Below, one piece after another: positions 33,405-44,665 of a DNA stretch of 64,000 nucleotides. The DNA lies in contig JASVEC010000013.1 in assembly GCA_030770535.1 (NCBI GenBank), forward strand, positions 620,001-684,000. Direction: 5' to 3'. The first letter of the stretch is position 1. Each line of letters begins with the position of its first letter. Made by a program: the position numbers and the translations under genes. A model generated the notes under the pieces. That model worked only from the letters and a program-made list of their open reading frames with translations, was not told the origin of the DNA and ran no database searches. This DNA comes from Batkoa obscura. Taxonomy: Eukaryota.

Positions 33405-34883
33405 ATGTCAATTAACGAAAAAACAGTGATCATTGGAGCTGGTCCAGTAGGATTATTAACTGCAATTTATTTAGCAAAACGCAAAGACTCCAATGGAAAC
33501 AAGCTATACCCTCAAATAAAAGTGTATGAGAAAAGAGCCATTGAAAATATCCGATACCAAAAAGAAGATAGCCATAACTACAACTTGACGTTAAGCCATA
33601 GAGGATTAAATGCACTTGATCAAATTTCAACATTAAAGGATAAGGTAGTAAGCTCTGGTATAATTATCAAAAAAATCATCAATTGTATTAGAGTGGATGA
33701 CCTTGGTAAAGGTATGAAAGCGGTTATACGTGGGGAAAGGTTATCCATTCAAAGAAGTGATGTAGTAGTTGTATTGTTAGATTATATTGAACAAAACTAT
33801 AAAGATCAAATCCAAATAGAATATTTAAAAAGAGTGATTGATGTTGATTTTGAAAATAAAATAGTTCATTTTTTAGATAGCAATCCTAACGAAGAGAATG
33901 GAAAGAATCAAACAGTTGAATTTGATATACTTATTGGTTGTGATGGTGCTCGTTCTGGGGTTGGTAAAGCATTAAGGGATCAATGTCCAAGAATTAAGTA
34001 CCAGTGTACATCCGAAGTTGAGCCATATATTTCAGTAAACATCTCCCATTCTGATTTTACTGAACATGGGTTATCATTTGAAAAAGATTGTATGTATACC
34101 GTACAACCAAGGTCTAACAATGGTAATATTATTATTTTACCCAATCATGATTCCTTTGGATTTGCACTTAATCCATGGTGTCAACTTGAAAAACAAAAAC
34201 AAAAACGAAGTGATTTATATCAATGCTGTCACACAATGAAAGATAGTAATGATTTGTATCGTTTTTTTATCGCTAACTTTCCCAATATTGGAGAGGTAAT
34301 GTATCAAAATTTTGCAAAGCGATTCGGTGTCAAAAATTTAGATTCTTACAAAACTAAGGAATCAGCCGAAGAATTAACCGTTCCTAAACATGGATTTGAA
34401 ACGATCTACTATTCTCAATTTCATCATCCTACCTCTTCTGCTATAATAATTGGCGATGCTGCTCACACTATGGTACCAACCGTTGGCCAAGGGATCAATT
34501 GTGGATTTGAAGATGTTTTTGAATTAAGTCAAATATTAGATCAAACTAAGGATGATTGGACCAAGGCACCAGCTATGTTTACTGAACAAAGAAAACAAGA
34601 AACAGAAGCTATCCAAATTATATCACAACAATATGTCCTTGAGCGTCATACAAGAACATTCGAAATTCGAATGATATTTGATATTGTTCGTAATATTTTA
34701 GTTCGATTATTACCTTTTGGTATCATTCAACCTAATGTTATGCATTTACTTTCTCAAACCTCAATCCCTTATTCAGAGGTATTATCCGCTCGTAAATCCC
34801 ATTTTAGAAAGGGTTGTAGTGTTCTCTTATTAAGTACACTTTCATTTGTTTATTTTTTAACCAAAGGTTACTTTAAAAAGTAG
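33405..34883 (+). CDS. FAD-dependent monooxygenase, kynurenine 3-monooxygenase-like
   Basis: GAGPVG, NLTLSHRG, GCDGARS, GDAAHTMVPTVGQGINCGFED, C-terminal hydrophobic segment; first ATG at 33405; intronless. Confidence 0.88.
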   Translation: MSINEKTVIIGAGPVGLLTAIYLAKRKDSNGNKLYPQIKVYEKRAIENIRYQKEDSHNYNLTLSHRGLNALDQISTLKDKVVSSGIIIKKIINCIRVDDLGKGMKAVIRGERLSIQRSDVVVVLLDYIEQNYKDQIQIEYLKRVIDVDFENKIVHFLDSNPNEENGKNQTVEFDILIGCDGARSGVGKALRDQCPRIKYQCTSEVEPYISVNISHSDFTEHGLSFEKDCMYTVQPRSNNGNIIILPNHDSFGFALNPWCQLEKQKQKRSDLYQCCHTMKDSNDLYRFFIANFPNIGEVMYQNFAKRFGVKNLDSYKTKESAEELTVPKHGFETIYYSQFHHPTSSAIIIGDAAHTMVPTVGQGINCGFEDVFELSQILDQTKDDWTKAPAMFTEQRKQETEAIQIISQQYVLERHTRTFEIRMIFDIVRNILVRLLPFGIIQPNVMHLLSQTSIPYSEVLSARKSHFRKGCSVLLLSTLSFVYFLTKGYFKK

Positions 34884-35263
34884 TCCTAATATTATTACTA
34901 TTAAATTGTATTTAAAATCGAATTGCAGTATTAATTTTTTTAATAGAGGGTGTAATTAATAAACCAGATTAAACTATACATCATAAAATACAATCAAATA
35001 TATTACCAAGAAGTTGAATTTTCTTGGTGGTGGCTTTCTTACTTGATAAGCAAAACTTTTTTAAAGTATGATATTTGCAAGTTCATATAAAATTTAATAG
35101 ACCTCTAATTTAATAAATACTCAATAGTCAAATAAAAGCTACTATTAAAGCGAAACTTAATATTGATAAAAGGGCTTCCTTTCTAAAATAAATTTTTTAT
35201 AATAAACAATGTTTGATCCTATTACTGAATTTTTCGAACAAGAATAAAGTTACTAATTGATAC

Positions 35264-35358
35264 GGGGATGTTTTTTTAGCTTTATCACTTTTCCCATTTT
35301 TTAAGCGCCATTTAAGCAGAAAGATTGTCAGTAAAATTCTTAAACAAAAAAACCCTCC
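35264..35358 (+). mobile_element. MITE-A copy 5
   Basis: Family core; flanks ATAC/ATAT. Confidence 0.8.
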
Positions 35359-36027
35359 ATATCTTTGCTATAAACTTATTATTAATTAAGTAGTAATATT
35401 TTTATTATGAGCAAACTTGAAAAAAGAATTGGGTTTTAATACTATAATCAATTAACAAGCACTATCCCAAACCGACCCATTTGGGTCGATTTTGTTTAAA
35501 CTAATACTCCATCAGCTCTCAACATATGGCTTCAAATAAAAGAAACTGATAAAGTACCCCTCAAATATTATTCTAGAGTGGTTTTTAAAAAATTTATAAA
35601 AATAAAATAATTTTTTTTATTTAATACCACCTGTTTATAACTTAATATCATAAAATATTTATTTATAATATTAGCTATAAAAAGTTCTAGTAGTAATCAA
35701 AGACTCAAATTTTATTTTATTTTATTTTATTTTATTTTATTTTTTTATTTTTACTATCAACTTAAATAGATTAATTTTCTAAAATAATCCTTATCAATAT
35801 GAAATATTGCTTTATCAGCTTTATAATCAATTTAATTATAATTTACATGATGGATTTAATTAAATTCAGATAATTGCACTATTAAAATTAGGTATGTTTT
35901 TTATATATAACATTCCAATGCAAAGTATAAAAAAACTTTTTAATATAACTCTTTCCCTGAATTATTTTTTTATATCACTTTTTTGATAAAATTGTTAAGT
36001 TTTTTATAAATATTTTTTATTTTATTT

Positions 36028-36126
36028 GGGGATGTATTTTTATGTTTAAGAATTTTACTAACAATTTTTCCGCCCAAATAGCGCTTAAGAAATGGGAAAA
36101 GTGATGAAGCCAAAAAAGACATCCCC
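36028..36126 (-). mobile_element. MITE-A copy 6
   Basis: GGGGATGT..ACATCCCC with ATTT on both sides. Confidence 0.88.
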
Positions 36127-36366
36127 ATTTGTTTTGTACAACTTGTAGCTTATTGCATATTATTTTTTATAATTTAAGTTTATTTTAATTATATAAACTA
36201 AAAATATTTATAAAAGATATATAATAAATTAAAAGTATCAATTAAATATTAATAATTAAAAAATAATTAGTTTTTTTGTTAACTTGTTTTAATTATTATC
36301 ATATTATATTATTTTAAATTACCATTTATAATAATAACTAAATTTATTATTTAATAACCTATAAAT

Positions 36367-36847
36367 TGTGAAAGTTGATACTCAATGGTTGGAGTTAAAA
36401 GCAGTCCTTGCTTGATTAACTTGCCTTGAGTCGAACGGTCTTAGTTTATGTAACTAAGACAGACTTAAATGAATAGGAACAATACATAATAAGCTACGAA
36501 CCATGTAAAACAAATATAATAGGAGATACTACTATAAAATCTATGTAAGATATTGTCAGAAAGACTTAGTGGCTTTATTAATGGTACGATATCAGGGAAT
36601 AATCCAATTAAAAAGCTTCGAGTTATCATGTTGAAGAAGCTCTTTTATACTCCAACTGTATGGCTATATATAAGGAACATTATAGCAGTTATCCCTTATT
36701 ATAGTTCCCAAGTATGGACATTAAAATGTGGACAATAAGTTCTTCGTGATCAGGTGGTAGCAATTCTCACAGCAAATCTATATAAGGAACTCTGAATTAA
36801 TTATTATATTATAATCAATCCTAGAGCTAATGAACCGATATTTCACA
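36367..36847 (+). mobile_element. Solo LTR-like element copy 2
   Basis: TGTGAAA...TTTCACA with AAAT on both sides (4-bp TSD); internal TATATATAAG; homologous to 11286-11749. Confidence 0.78.
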
Positions 36848-37362
36848 AAATTATTATTCTATTTTATACTAAGTAATTTAATATTATTAAATCACTATTT
36901 ATTTTAATTACTGTTTATAATTTAATTATTTTTATTTCTGTTTATGGATTTTTTAATATCATAATCAATCTTAATATCAAACATATTTTAATTATTTTAT
37001 TAAGTTTTGTACTAGTATGAAAGGATTTATCAATTCAATTTTATATTTTACTTACTTTTATCTTTGTAAAAGAGATAGATAATATTGTTTTTAAATTTTA
37101 ATCTAATTATTATAGATCAGTATAAATTTACATATAATATATATATTTTAAAATTTAAAATATTATTTTAATACAATAAAATAAAAAAACAATAAATTTA
37201 CAAAATTATTATAAGCATTATTCAAATGTAAATGATAATTTCAATTGGTCATTTGTTTCGTTTAAATGTAATGATTGCATAATTTTAGTTTAATACTTTT
37301 ATTTATCCAAAAGTATAAAAATAATCCCAAGTTTATTTCTTATTTCTTTTGTAAAATTTATA

Positions 37363-38778
37363 ATGGAAGGTAATAATATGCCTATTGATAGTATTAATCA
37401 AATTATAATGAGTGATAAGTTATCTGAAAGGAGCCAATGTGATAATGGAAGTAATGAGTACAGTAATATGAATAATGAATTCCATGTATTTAATAAAGTA
37501 GAGATTGGAGATTTAAAGATATATGATGAAATTAGTAAAGATATTCTTAATAAAACAGAAACATTAAAGTTAATTAGTACCAATTCAGAACTCAAAGAAA
37601 GATATAATAAATTAAAAAAAACGATAATTGATATTAATAAACAAATGGTTGAATTCAATAATTTATTTGGTTCAAAAAAGGTAAAATTATTAAAACGTAA
37701 AAAGAAAGAATATTCGAGTGAAGATAAATTAATTAAAAAAAGTAATGATGATATGATTATTAATGGTGTTTTAGATGGAAAAATACCAATTAAGACGGGT
37801 GCTGAAATATTAGGTTTAAGCTATAATACATTTCATACAAGAATTTGTAGGAAAAAAAAGAAGATAGCTAATAACATTGATATTGATGATTTAAGAAAGA
37901 ATGGGAATAATAAAAAAGTCAATGAAGAAACAAATGATTTTATCTATGATTATATATCGAGAAATCATGAAACTACATTATTACAAGTAAGAGATTTTTT
38001 ATTAACAAAACAAATTGATATATCCAAATCCACAATAAGTCGACTTAAAAATAATTTGGATGTTACATATAAACAAAAAACTCAAATTCGAAATAGTTGG
38101 AATGATAAAGATATAATATTAAAAAGAAAACAATATATTGAAGAATATAAAATATTAATGACATGTGACTTTATTTATATTGATGAAATTTATTTTAATC
38201 GTCATGCTGTTAATCAAGGTGAATTTGCATCTGAAGGACAAAGAACTATATTGACACCAGAATCAACTTCTAAAAGTATTAATTATATTGGAGCTATATC
38301 TCAATTTCAAATTGAAAGCTTTAGAATAATTGATAAGAAAAAAACGAATACCAATGATCAAGAGGATTTTAATAAATTTGTAATGGATTTATATTCCAAA
38401 AATAGACATAAACAAATTGTATATGTATTTAATAGTACAAATCTTCATGTTATTTCTAATGAACTAAAAGAAGCCATTAGATATTCCAATTCATTTATAT
38501 TAATTTTACCTGAATATTCTGTATTCTTAAACCCAATTGAGTTGTTTTTTAATGAATTAAAAGTAGGAGTGAATAAATTACCACATTGTGAAAATTCGGA
38601 TGTTATTAAAAATATATTAAAAATTCAAAATAAAGTTGGAGATACTAAACATTGTAATAATTACTTTCAACATGTAAGAAATTATATAACTCCATGTGAA
38701 AATAATTGTATGCTCAAAGGAAATATTTTTAAACCGGAGACTTTATTAGCAATAGATGGTGTGGAAAAGATTAGCTAA
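37363..38778 (+). CDS. IS630/Tc1-family DDE transposase-like protein (second Asp replaced by Asn)
   Basis: HTH-like GAEILGLSYNT and ISKSTISRL; YIDE; VFNSTNLH in place of xxDNAxxH; LPEYSVFLNPIELFF; 35 residues between the N and the E. Confidence 0.85.
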   Translation: MEGNNMPIDSINQIIMSDKLSERSQCDNGSNEYSNMNNEFHVFNKVEIGDLKIYDEISKDILNKTETLKLISTNSELKERYNKLKKTIIDINKQMVEFNNLFGSKKVKLLKRKKKEYSSEDKLIKKSNDDMIINGVLDGKIPIKTGAEILGLSYNTFHTRICRKKKKIANNIDIDDLRKNGNNKKVNEETNDFIYDYISRNHETTLLQVRDFLLTKQIDISKSTISRLKNNLDVTYKQKTQIRNSWNDKDIILKRKQYIEEYKILMTCDFIYIDEIYFNRHAVNQGEFASEGQRTILTPESTSKSINYIGAISQFQIESFRIIDKKKTNTNDQEDFNKFVMDLYSKNRHKQIVYVFNSTNLHVISNELKEAIRYSNSFILILPEYSVFLNPIELFFNELKVGVNKLPHCENSDVIKNILKIQNKVGDTKHCNNYFQHVRNYITPCENNCMLKGNIFKPETLLAIDGVEKIS

Positions 38779-39119
38779 AAATATAAAATAGTTTTATGTT
38801 AATCAAAAAAATATAAACAAGATGAATAATATTAAATATTATATTATTTTTATAATACAAACTTAGTAAATTTAAAATGGATTAGTTTTTTGTTTTTACT
38901 TTTAGTAATTTAGTTTATTATCATTGTAGTATAATTATTAATTCATATTAACAAATGTTTAATCTTAAATATTGAATTATGAATAGATAATAACTTTTTC
39001 TTTATTTTATACCTATCCCCATTCTGTTCTACTTGATTTACTTCACTGGTTACTGTTTCAATCATTTAAATCATTTAGCTTCAATACTGTAAAAACATTT
39101 GAATCTCAATCAGTCATAA

Positions 39120-39445
39120 CGGTGGCGGTCAGGAACAGTAGGAACTTTTTTGCAAATTTTTATTCGTTTCAAAAAAGAATCAATTCTTAGGCAATAAATG
39201 AACAGAAGCTGATCAATACATTTTAACTAGTTAAAACTTGAACCCTGTCTTCGTTACCTTAATCCTAACCTTACCATATGGTGATAAACCTAAAAAAAAA
39301 CATCACCATATACTGGTTATTTTTCTAGGCTTTTAAGCTTCTTGGTTATTTTTTTGATTGCCATTTTTTTAACTATAAAAGGAAATAAATTTTACAAAAA
39401 TTAGCAGGGAAAATAAAAGTTTCTACTATTCTTTGGTCATCATCA
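39120..39445 (-). mobile_element. MITE-B copy 2 (contains a nested 28-bp MITE-A derivative)
   Basis: CGGTGGCGGTCAGGAACAGTAGG end; interior is the reverse complement of 32380-32661; other end degenerate. Confidence 0.72.
39280..39307 (-). mobile_element. Minimal MITE-A derivative (28 bp)
   Basis: ATAT-GGTGAT..AAAAAAAAACATCACC-ATAT; absent at the matching site of MITE-B copy 1. Confidence 0.65.
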
Positions 39446-39840
39446 AATAATGGATGACAGTTAGTTGTAAATATTAGTTATAATGACTTTGAGGCATAAT
39501 TGAAGGAAAGCTAAAGATAAGATAATATTTACAAATTTATTAAAAATTCCAATACTTTAATAATACAAGATTTATCTATTTATAAATAATTAAATAAATT
39601 GATCTAAATATTTAGATATCAAAACCTTTAAATTTGACAAGTTTATTAATACACTCTTTTCTTTTTATTGTAAGAAAGATCAGAATATACAAAACAATTC
39701 TAAAGTTTTAGTTGATAGAGAAATAAATTTCAAAGTCCAAAATTGAAGATCAATTTAATTTAATGAGAGATTAAATTCTCATCAAAATAAAACTCAAATT
39801 TTATTTAAAGTCATATAAAATATTTTTTATTCAAGTTACA

Positions 39841-40479
39841 ATGATATTTAATAAATTAATTTTAGTTTCTATTCTACAATTTACAGTTATTAACTCAAAA
39901 AAATATAAAAATGGGTATAAAAAAGCAAACGATACAACAACAATAGAATCTCCTCAGCCCATTGAGCCACTAAATATGTTTGCTTTGATGCAGTTGGAAT
40001 TAAGAAGGAGAAACGGGTTACATGTAAAAAATATATATGATACTTTACCTTGTCCTCCAGCAACACAACATTGTGATTTTGATGGTAGAAAATATGAAGC
40101 CATGACGTCATTAGGTAGTGAAGGACCTAATTGTTGGATTCCACCCACTGAACCTAAAACAAACCCGGATCTATTTTTAAGAAAGGATATTGAGTTGAAA
40201 TGGCAGTGTAAAAAGAGTTTACAATGTCAAAAAGAGGGTGGTGTTGATATCCAACAGTGTCAATATGGCTCCAATAATGGATATAGGAAAATTAAAGATT
40301 GTCAACCTAAAATTCATGCTTGTATTTATTTTGGAAAAACATTTATTGTAGCTGAAAAGTTTGCACCAAATTGTTGGAGAGATCCTAGCTTCTTTTTGGG
40401 TGAATGGTCTTGCTTTTATAATAAGGTTGGAGAACCCTGTCCATCCGACACTGTTGATATATCTACTGAATGCGTATAA
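39841..40479 (+). CDS. Secreted Cys-rich protein (12 Cys, two internal repeats)
   Basis: Signal peptide, RRR basic site, repeats CDFDGRKYEA..PNCW and CIYFGKTFIV..PNCW; intronless. Confidence 0.75.
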   Translation: MIFNKLILVSILQFTVINSKKYKNGYKKANDTTTIESPQPIEPLNMFALMQLELRRRNGLHVKNIYDTLPCPPATQHCDFDGRKYEAMTSLGSEGPNCWIPPTEPKTNPDLFLRKDIELKWQCKKSLQCQKEGGVDIQQCQYGSNNGYRKIKDCQPKIHACIYFGKTFIVAEKFAPNCWRDPSFFLGEWSCFYNKVGEPCPSDTVDISTECV

Positions 40480-40797
40480 TAACAGTACTAATCAAAATAA
40501 AAGGAATATTTAGTTTCTAGTAAATTTTGTAATTAAATTAAATTAATAAATTTTCTATTTAAAAAATAGAATACTATTAAATTTTATAATTAGATCATGA
40601 ACTACATATATATCGTAAAATAAAAACTATATAAAAACCAAATAATTAGATAATTTATTTTTATTTAAATCATTTATAAAACTCTAGTGAAATATTTCCT
40701 TTATCATATGCTTTAATTTAAAACAAAATAAAACAAAATAAAACAAAATAAAACAAAATAAATGCTTCAAAAAAGTAATTTTCGTTTCTTTTTTATA

Positions 40798-41875
40798 ATG
40801 ATTGGACCAACATTACCACCCCATTTAAAGAGAAGAAGACAAAGTGAAGATGGAAGTGATGGGAAAGAAAAAAACCCGGATAACTCGCCCTCCCATAAAG
40901 ACAATTCAAAAAACGAAAATAAATCAAGCATAGGACCTCAATTACCTCCGCAATTTAAAAGTAATTTCTAATTCAAACATAATTTAGAAAGTAGTGATTT
41001 AAATATTAAAATAATTAATAGAAGAAAGGCAAGAAGAAGAAAAAGGTCAAAATGTAATTAAAGTAAGACATAATGTATCAATAGGGCCTCAAATGCCTCA
41101 TATAGAAAGTATGACTTTGTTTATTATCTATCATTTATTATATGTATTGAACATCTAATTTAGAAAGAACAGTGATAGAGAAGCCAAATGATCAAGATTC
41201 AGAAAAAGAAGAATCCGACGATGGTGTAATAGGACCAATGCCTGTAGATCCAAATCAGAATGAGGTTAGTAAAACAAATATCGCTAACAAAATATACTAA
41301 TAAAAAATAGAATGATAATCTTTTGAGAATAGCTAGAGAGGTTGAAGCAAGAGCACAGCCACAAAAGGTAGCTATTTAGCTTTATTTTGATTATCATTAA
41401 AACTATGATTTAGGAACAAGAAACTTTAAAACGTGGTGAATGGATGACAGTACCACCCGAATCAAAGCTTATTGGGAATCCATTAAAGTTAAAAGCAAGA
41501 CAATTTAGAACTCGGGAAGTAGAAAACCAAGAGTTAGATAATAGCCTATGGACAGAAACACCACAAGAAAGAGAAGAAAGGCTTAAACATGGAGTTATTA
41601 AAGCTAAAAGTAAACCAATCAATGCTAATCCATATTTAGAAGAAGAGAAAAAGGCTTTAAAAGTAAAACTTATAGAGGAGAAACAAGCTTCATTGTTGGA
41701 GATGCATCAATCATCTCAAAAGAAGAAAGGTATAATTGATGATGATCCTAGAAACAGAAAATTCGATCGTGAAAAGGATATGGCTGTAAATGGATTAGAT
41801 CCAAAACGTCAAGCTGAAATCGTCAAAGGTTCTGGTAATTTAAATAATAGATTCTCTCATAGTAAAGGAATTTAG
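40798..41875 (+). CDS. GPALPP-motif / DUF3752 protein (multi-exon)
   Basis: IGPTLPP, IGPQLPP, IGPMP repeats; RGEWMTVPP; WTETP; SLLEMHQ; FDREKDM; LNNRFS. Confidence 0.85.
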
Positions 41876-43082
41876 TTAATCGACATCTCTTTAATGCAAA
41901 ATAAAATTCAATATCTTTTTAAACCTAATATTTATTCCAACAAATGATATTACGAAAAACCGAGGGTTTTTTTTGGCAGAAAGTATCTCATACCGTTTTT
42001 ATGATTTTCTATAACTTGCAATGAAATGTGATTCATAATAGTGTAAGTCTTGATGTACTTATATTTAAATTATCTTGCTTTGAAGTTAATCAACGATCTT
42101 GTAATAGCTCTTAAAATAAGAACATTTGCTATAATACAAATTAACATCTCAGTTTTTTATCTTAATTCACTAGTCTTTTTCATCGAGTTCCTTGTAATTA
42201 AAGTTGTTCACTTAATACATGCTATTAGAAGATTGAACTTTATTAAAAGTTGAGCTAGCTATGAATCTCTCTATTAAAAGAAATAGATGCTTTTAAAAGT
42301 AGCGTTATTCTGACATAGCTAGCTTCGTATTTTAACATGAAAGCATTAGAATTGTCAGACAATAGACTTGTTACTAATTATTTTAGAACTTTTAAATTAT
42401 TATTAGGATTATACCCAAAGGGTTTCCAAAGATTGGCAAAGTCCTTTAAAGTTCCTTCATCCACGGAGATCTCTAGTAAAAGGCGAGGGATCTATTCGTT
42501 TGAAAACTGAATAAAGGAAAGGACTAAAGAATTCAAGGAGTAGACAATCCTATTTATAGATCGCCCCAGGTGTGTGAATTTTCTAAGTTGTGGGAGAAAT
42601 ATTATTTCGAGAATTACTTTAACATTATTGGCTGATTGATTGATGACAATTTGGAGAATTTTCGAAAGGGAACTAAGTTTCAAAAATATAAATACAAAAG
42701 TAAATTCAGCACTGTGATAATCAGTAGTGGATTTAATAGGTTTAATCCATATGGATGCGTTTGCTGTATTGAGCTGACATATAATCCATAGTATACTACA
42801 ATTTATTGTTCAATGTTGCTTAGTTTTTTTCATAATTTTCTTAAAATTACAAACCTATAAAGTCTCTTAAAAGCATTGGTTTAAAACTATTAAATTTCCG
42901 AAATCTTAACAGAGCAAAAATATATTCATAATCTTTAATCTAATATATCGTTTAATCCAGAGTTAACATATTGTACAAGGGCGCCAAAGTACCATTTAAA
43001 CATAAGGGCGGTAACCTTAGTTGATTAATCCCTAATAATACAGGTTATATCACTCATTCATACTCTATACTTTTAAATATAT

Positions 43083-43180
43083 GGGGTGTCTTTTTTGGCT
43101 TCATTATTTTTTCTATCTTTTAAGCGCTATTTGAGCGGAAAGATTGTTAGTAAAATTCTTAAACACAAAAATACATCCCC
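43083..43180 (+). mobile_element. MITE-A copy 7
   Basis: Family core; ATAT on both sides. Confidence 0.88.
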
Positions 43181-43490
43181 ATATATTAGTTATAAATATA
43201 AAATTTCAAAAATTTAAATAAACCAATATTTTTTATTTGAAGATTAAAAACAGACGAATATAAATTTGCTACATTGGCTATAATACCAAAGTATGATTAC
43301 CCTACATTTATTCACAATTTAACAGTAATATTAGACTATATTCACTTTTTAAAATTAAAATTATCTACGGCATATTATATCAGGTATTTATGTAAGTAAT
43401 AGTTAAAATATTAAGCACATAGATAACTCAGGAAATATACATTTTCAAGAATAAAAATCACAAAATTTACAAACATAAGCAATATATAAA

Positions 43491-44346
43491 TCAAATTAAT
43501 TGATTTAATAAAGACATAAGAGAATCTGAAACAGTATGTGGAGGATTAGTATCAACTAAGGCCAATCCGAAAGATTCGTGATTGTGTGAAATACCATTTT
43601 GGTTATAAATTATAAACTTGGAATAGTATTTGAGGAAAGAAGGCCATACAATTTTTTCAAAATAATTTTCTGGATCTTTCCAAAAGCCTAAGAAAATATA
43701 GTACAATTAAAAAAGAGAAACTCATTTACTTTAATAATTTACCCTCTTTTGTTTCATAACCATCCCTTGAGTTCCTTCTTTGAAGCAGGGTATCGAAGTT
43801 GGCCCATATTAAAAAGCCTTTAGTAATCAATTTAAGAAAGCGCTCTTCATGGAAGAAAAGAAATCCTTCAACAATAACAGTTTTTTTATATTGTTGATTT
43901 AATGTAGTCAAAATCTCTTTATTTTTTAACTTTATTTCTTCTATAATTTTAGCTTCTGTAGGATCTTCACTGTTAATAGACTCATTTTTTGTTGAGTCTT
44001 TATTATTATTAAGATCTTTATTTATAGCTTCTACAATTTCATTATAAAACTGGTCCATTTCAATAGCTTCAGGTATATCCCAATTATCATATCCTGTTTC
44101 ACTATCTTTTGGAATATATTGATCTAACTTATAATACTCATCCTGATGTATCACGACACTATTGCTCAACAAGCTATTTAATAGTTTACCTATTGACTAT
44201 AAAAATAAATAATAAAGTAGTTTAGTTTAGCCTTATATTACTGTTTTTCCAGAGCACGAACATCCGCTAGTTAATTTTAAATACTTATCATTGTAGTTTG
44301 TTAAACTAATTTACCTTATCCCTATTACTAATGTATCTTTATTCAT
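43491..44346 (-). CDS. NRK1: Nicotinamide riboside kinase-like P-loop kinase (multi-exon)
   Basis: VIGI-GCSCSGKT P-loop split over small exons, IHQDEYYK, NWDIPEAI, VEGFL, RRNSRDGY, FWKDPENYFEKIVWP. Confidence 0.85.
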
Positions 44347-44665
44347 CTTTTTTGGTTAAATATAATTAGAAATTAATTTCCTTATTATAATAAATTTGCT
44401 ATTACGTTGACAATTAGATAGTTTGAAGGCGAATATGATTGGCTATTGCTTTTGGTGTTCATTTCTATAAGTTATTTTATTTCTGCTGATGATGAATATA
44501 ACAGGTTTGACAAATGCTACCACTTATGAGTTTTTGGTAGCAGTTAAATTTGGCAAAATAGGATTTGATATTGAAATGAGAATTGCTAAAATTTTAATGA
44601 AAGCTATAATCCATAGTTGTAAAAAATATATTTATAAAATTATCAAAAGTTAATTTATAATTTAT

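Noticed and set aside
37363..38778. Fanzor/TnpB-type RNA-guided nuclease associated with the IS630-like ORF
   Set aside because: No RuvC motifs, no zinc-finger CxxC pairs and no second ORF nearby; the protein is a plain DDE-type transposase homolog.
42050..42700. Possible decayed gene on the minus strand
   Set aside because: Coding-like composition but several stops and no identifiable motif.
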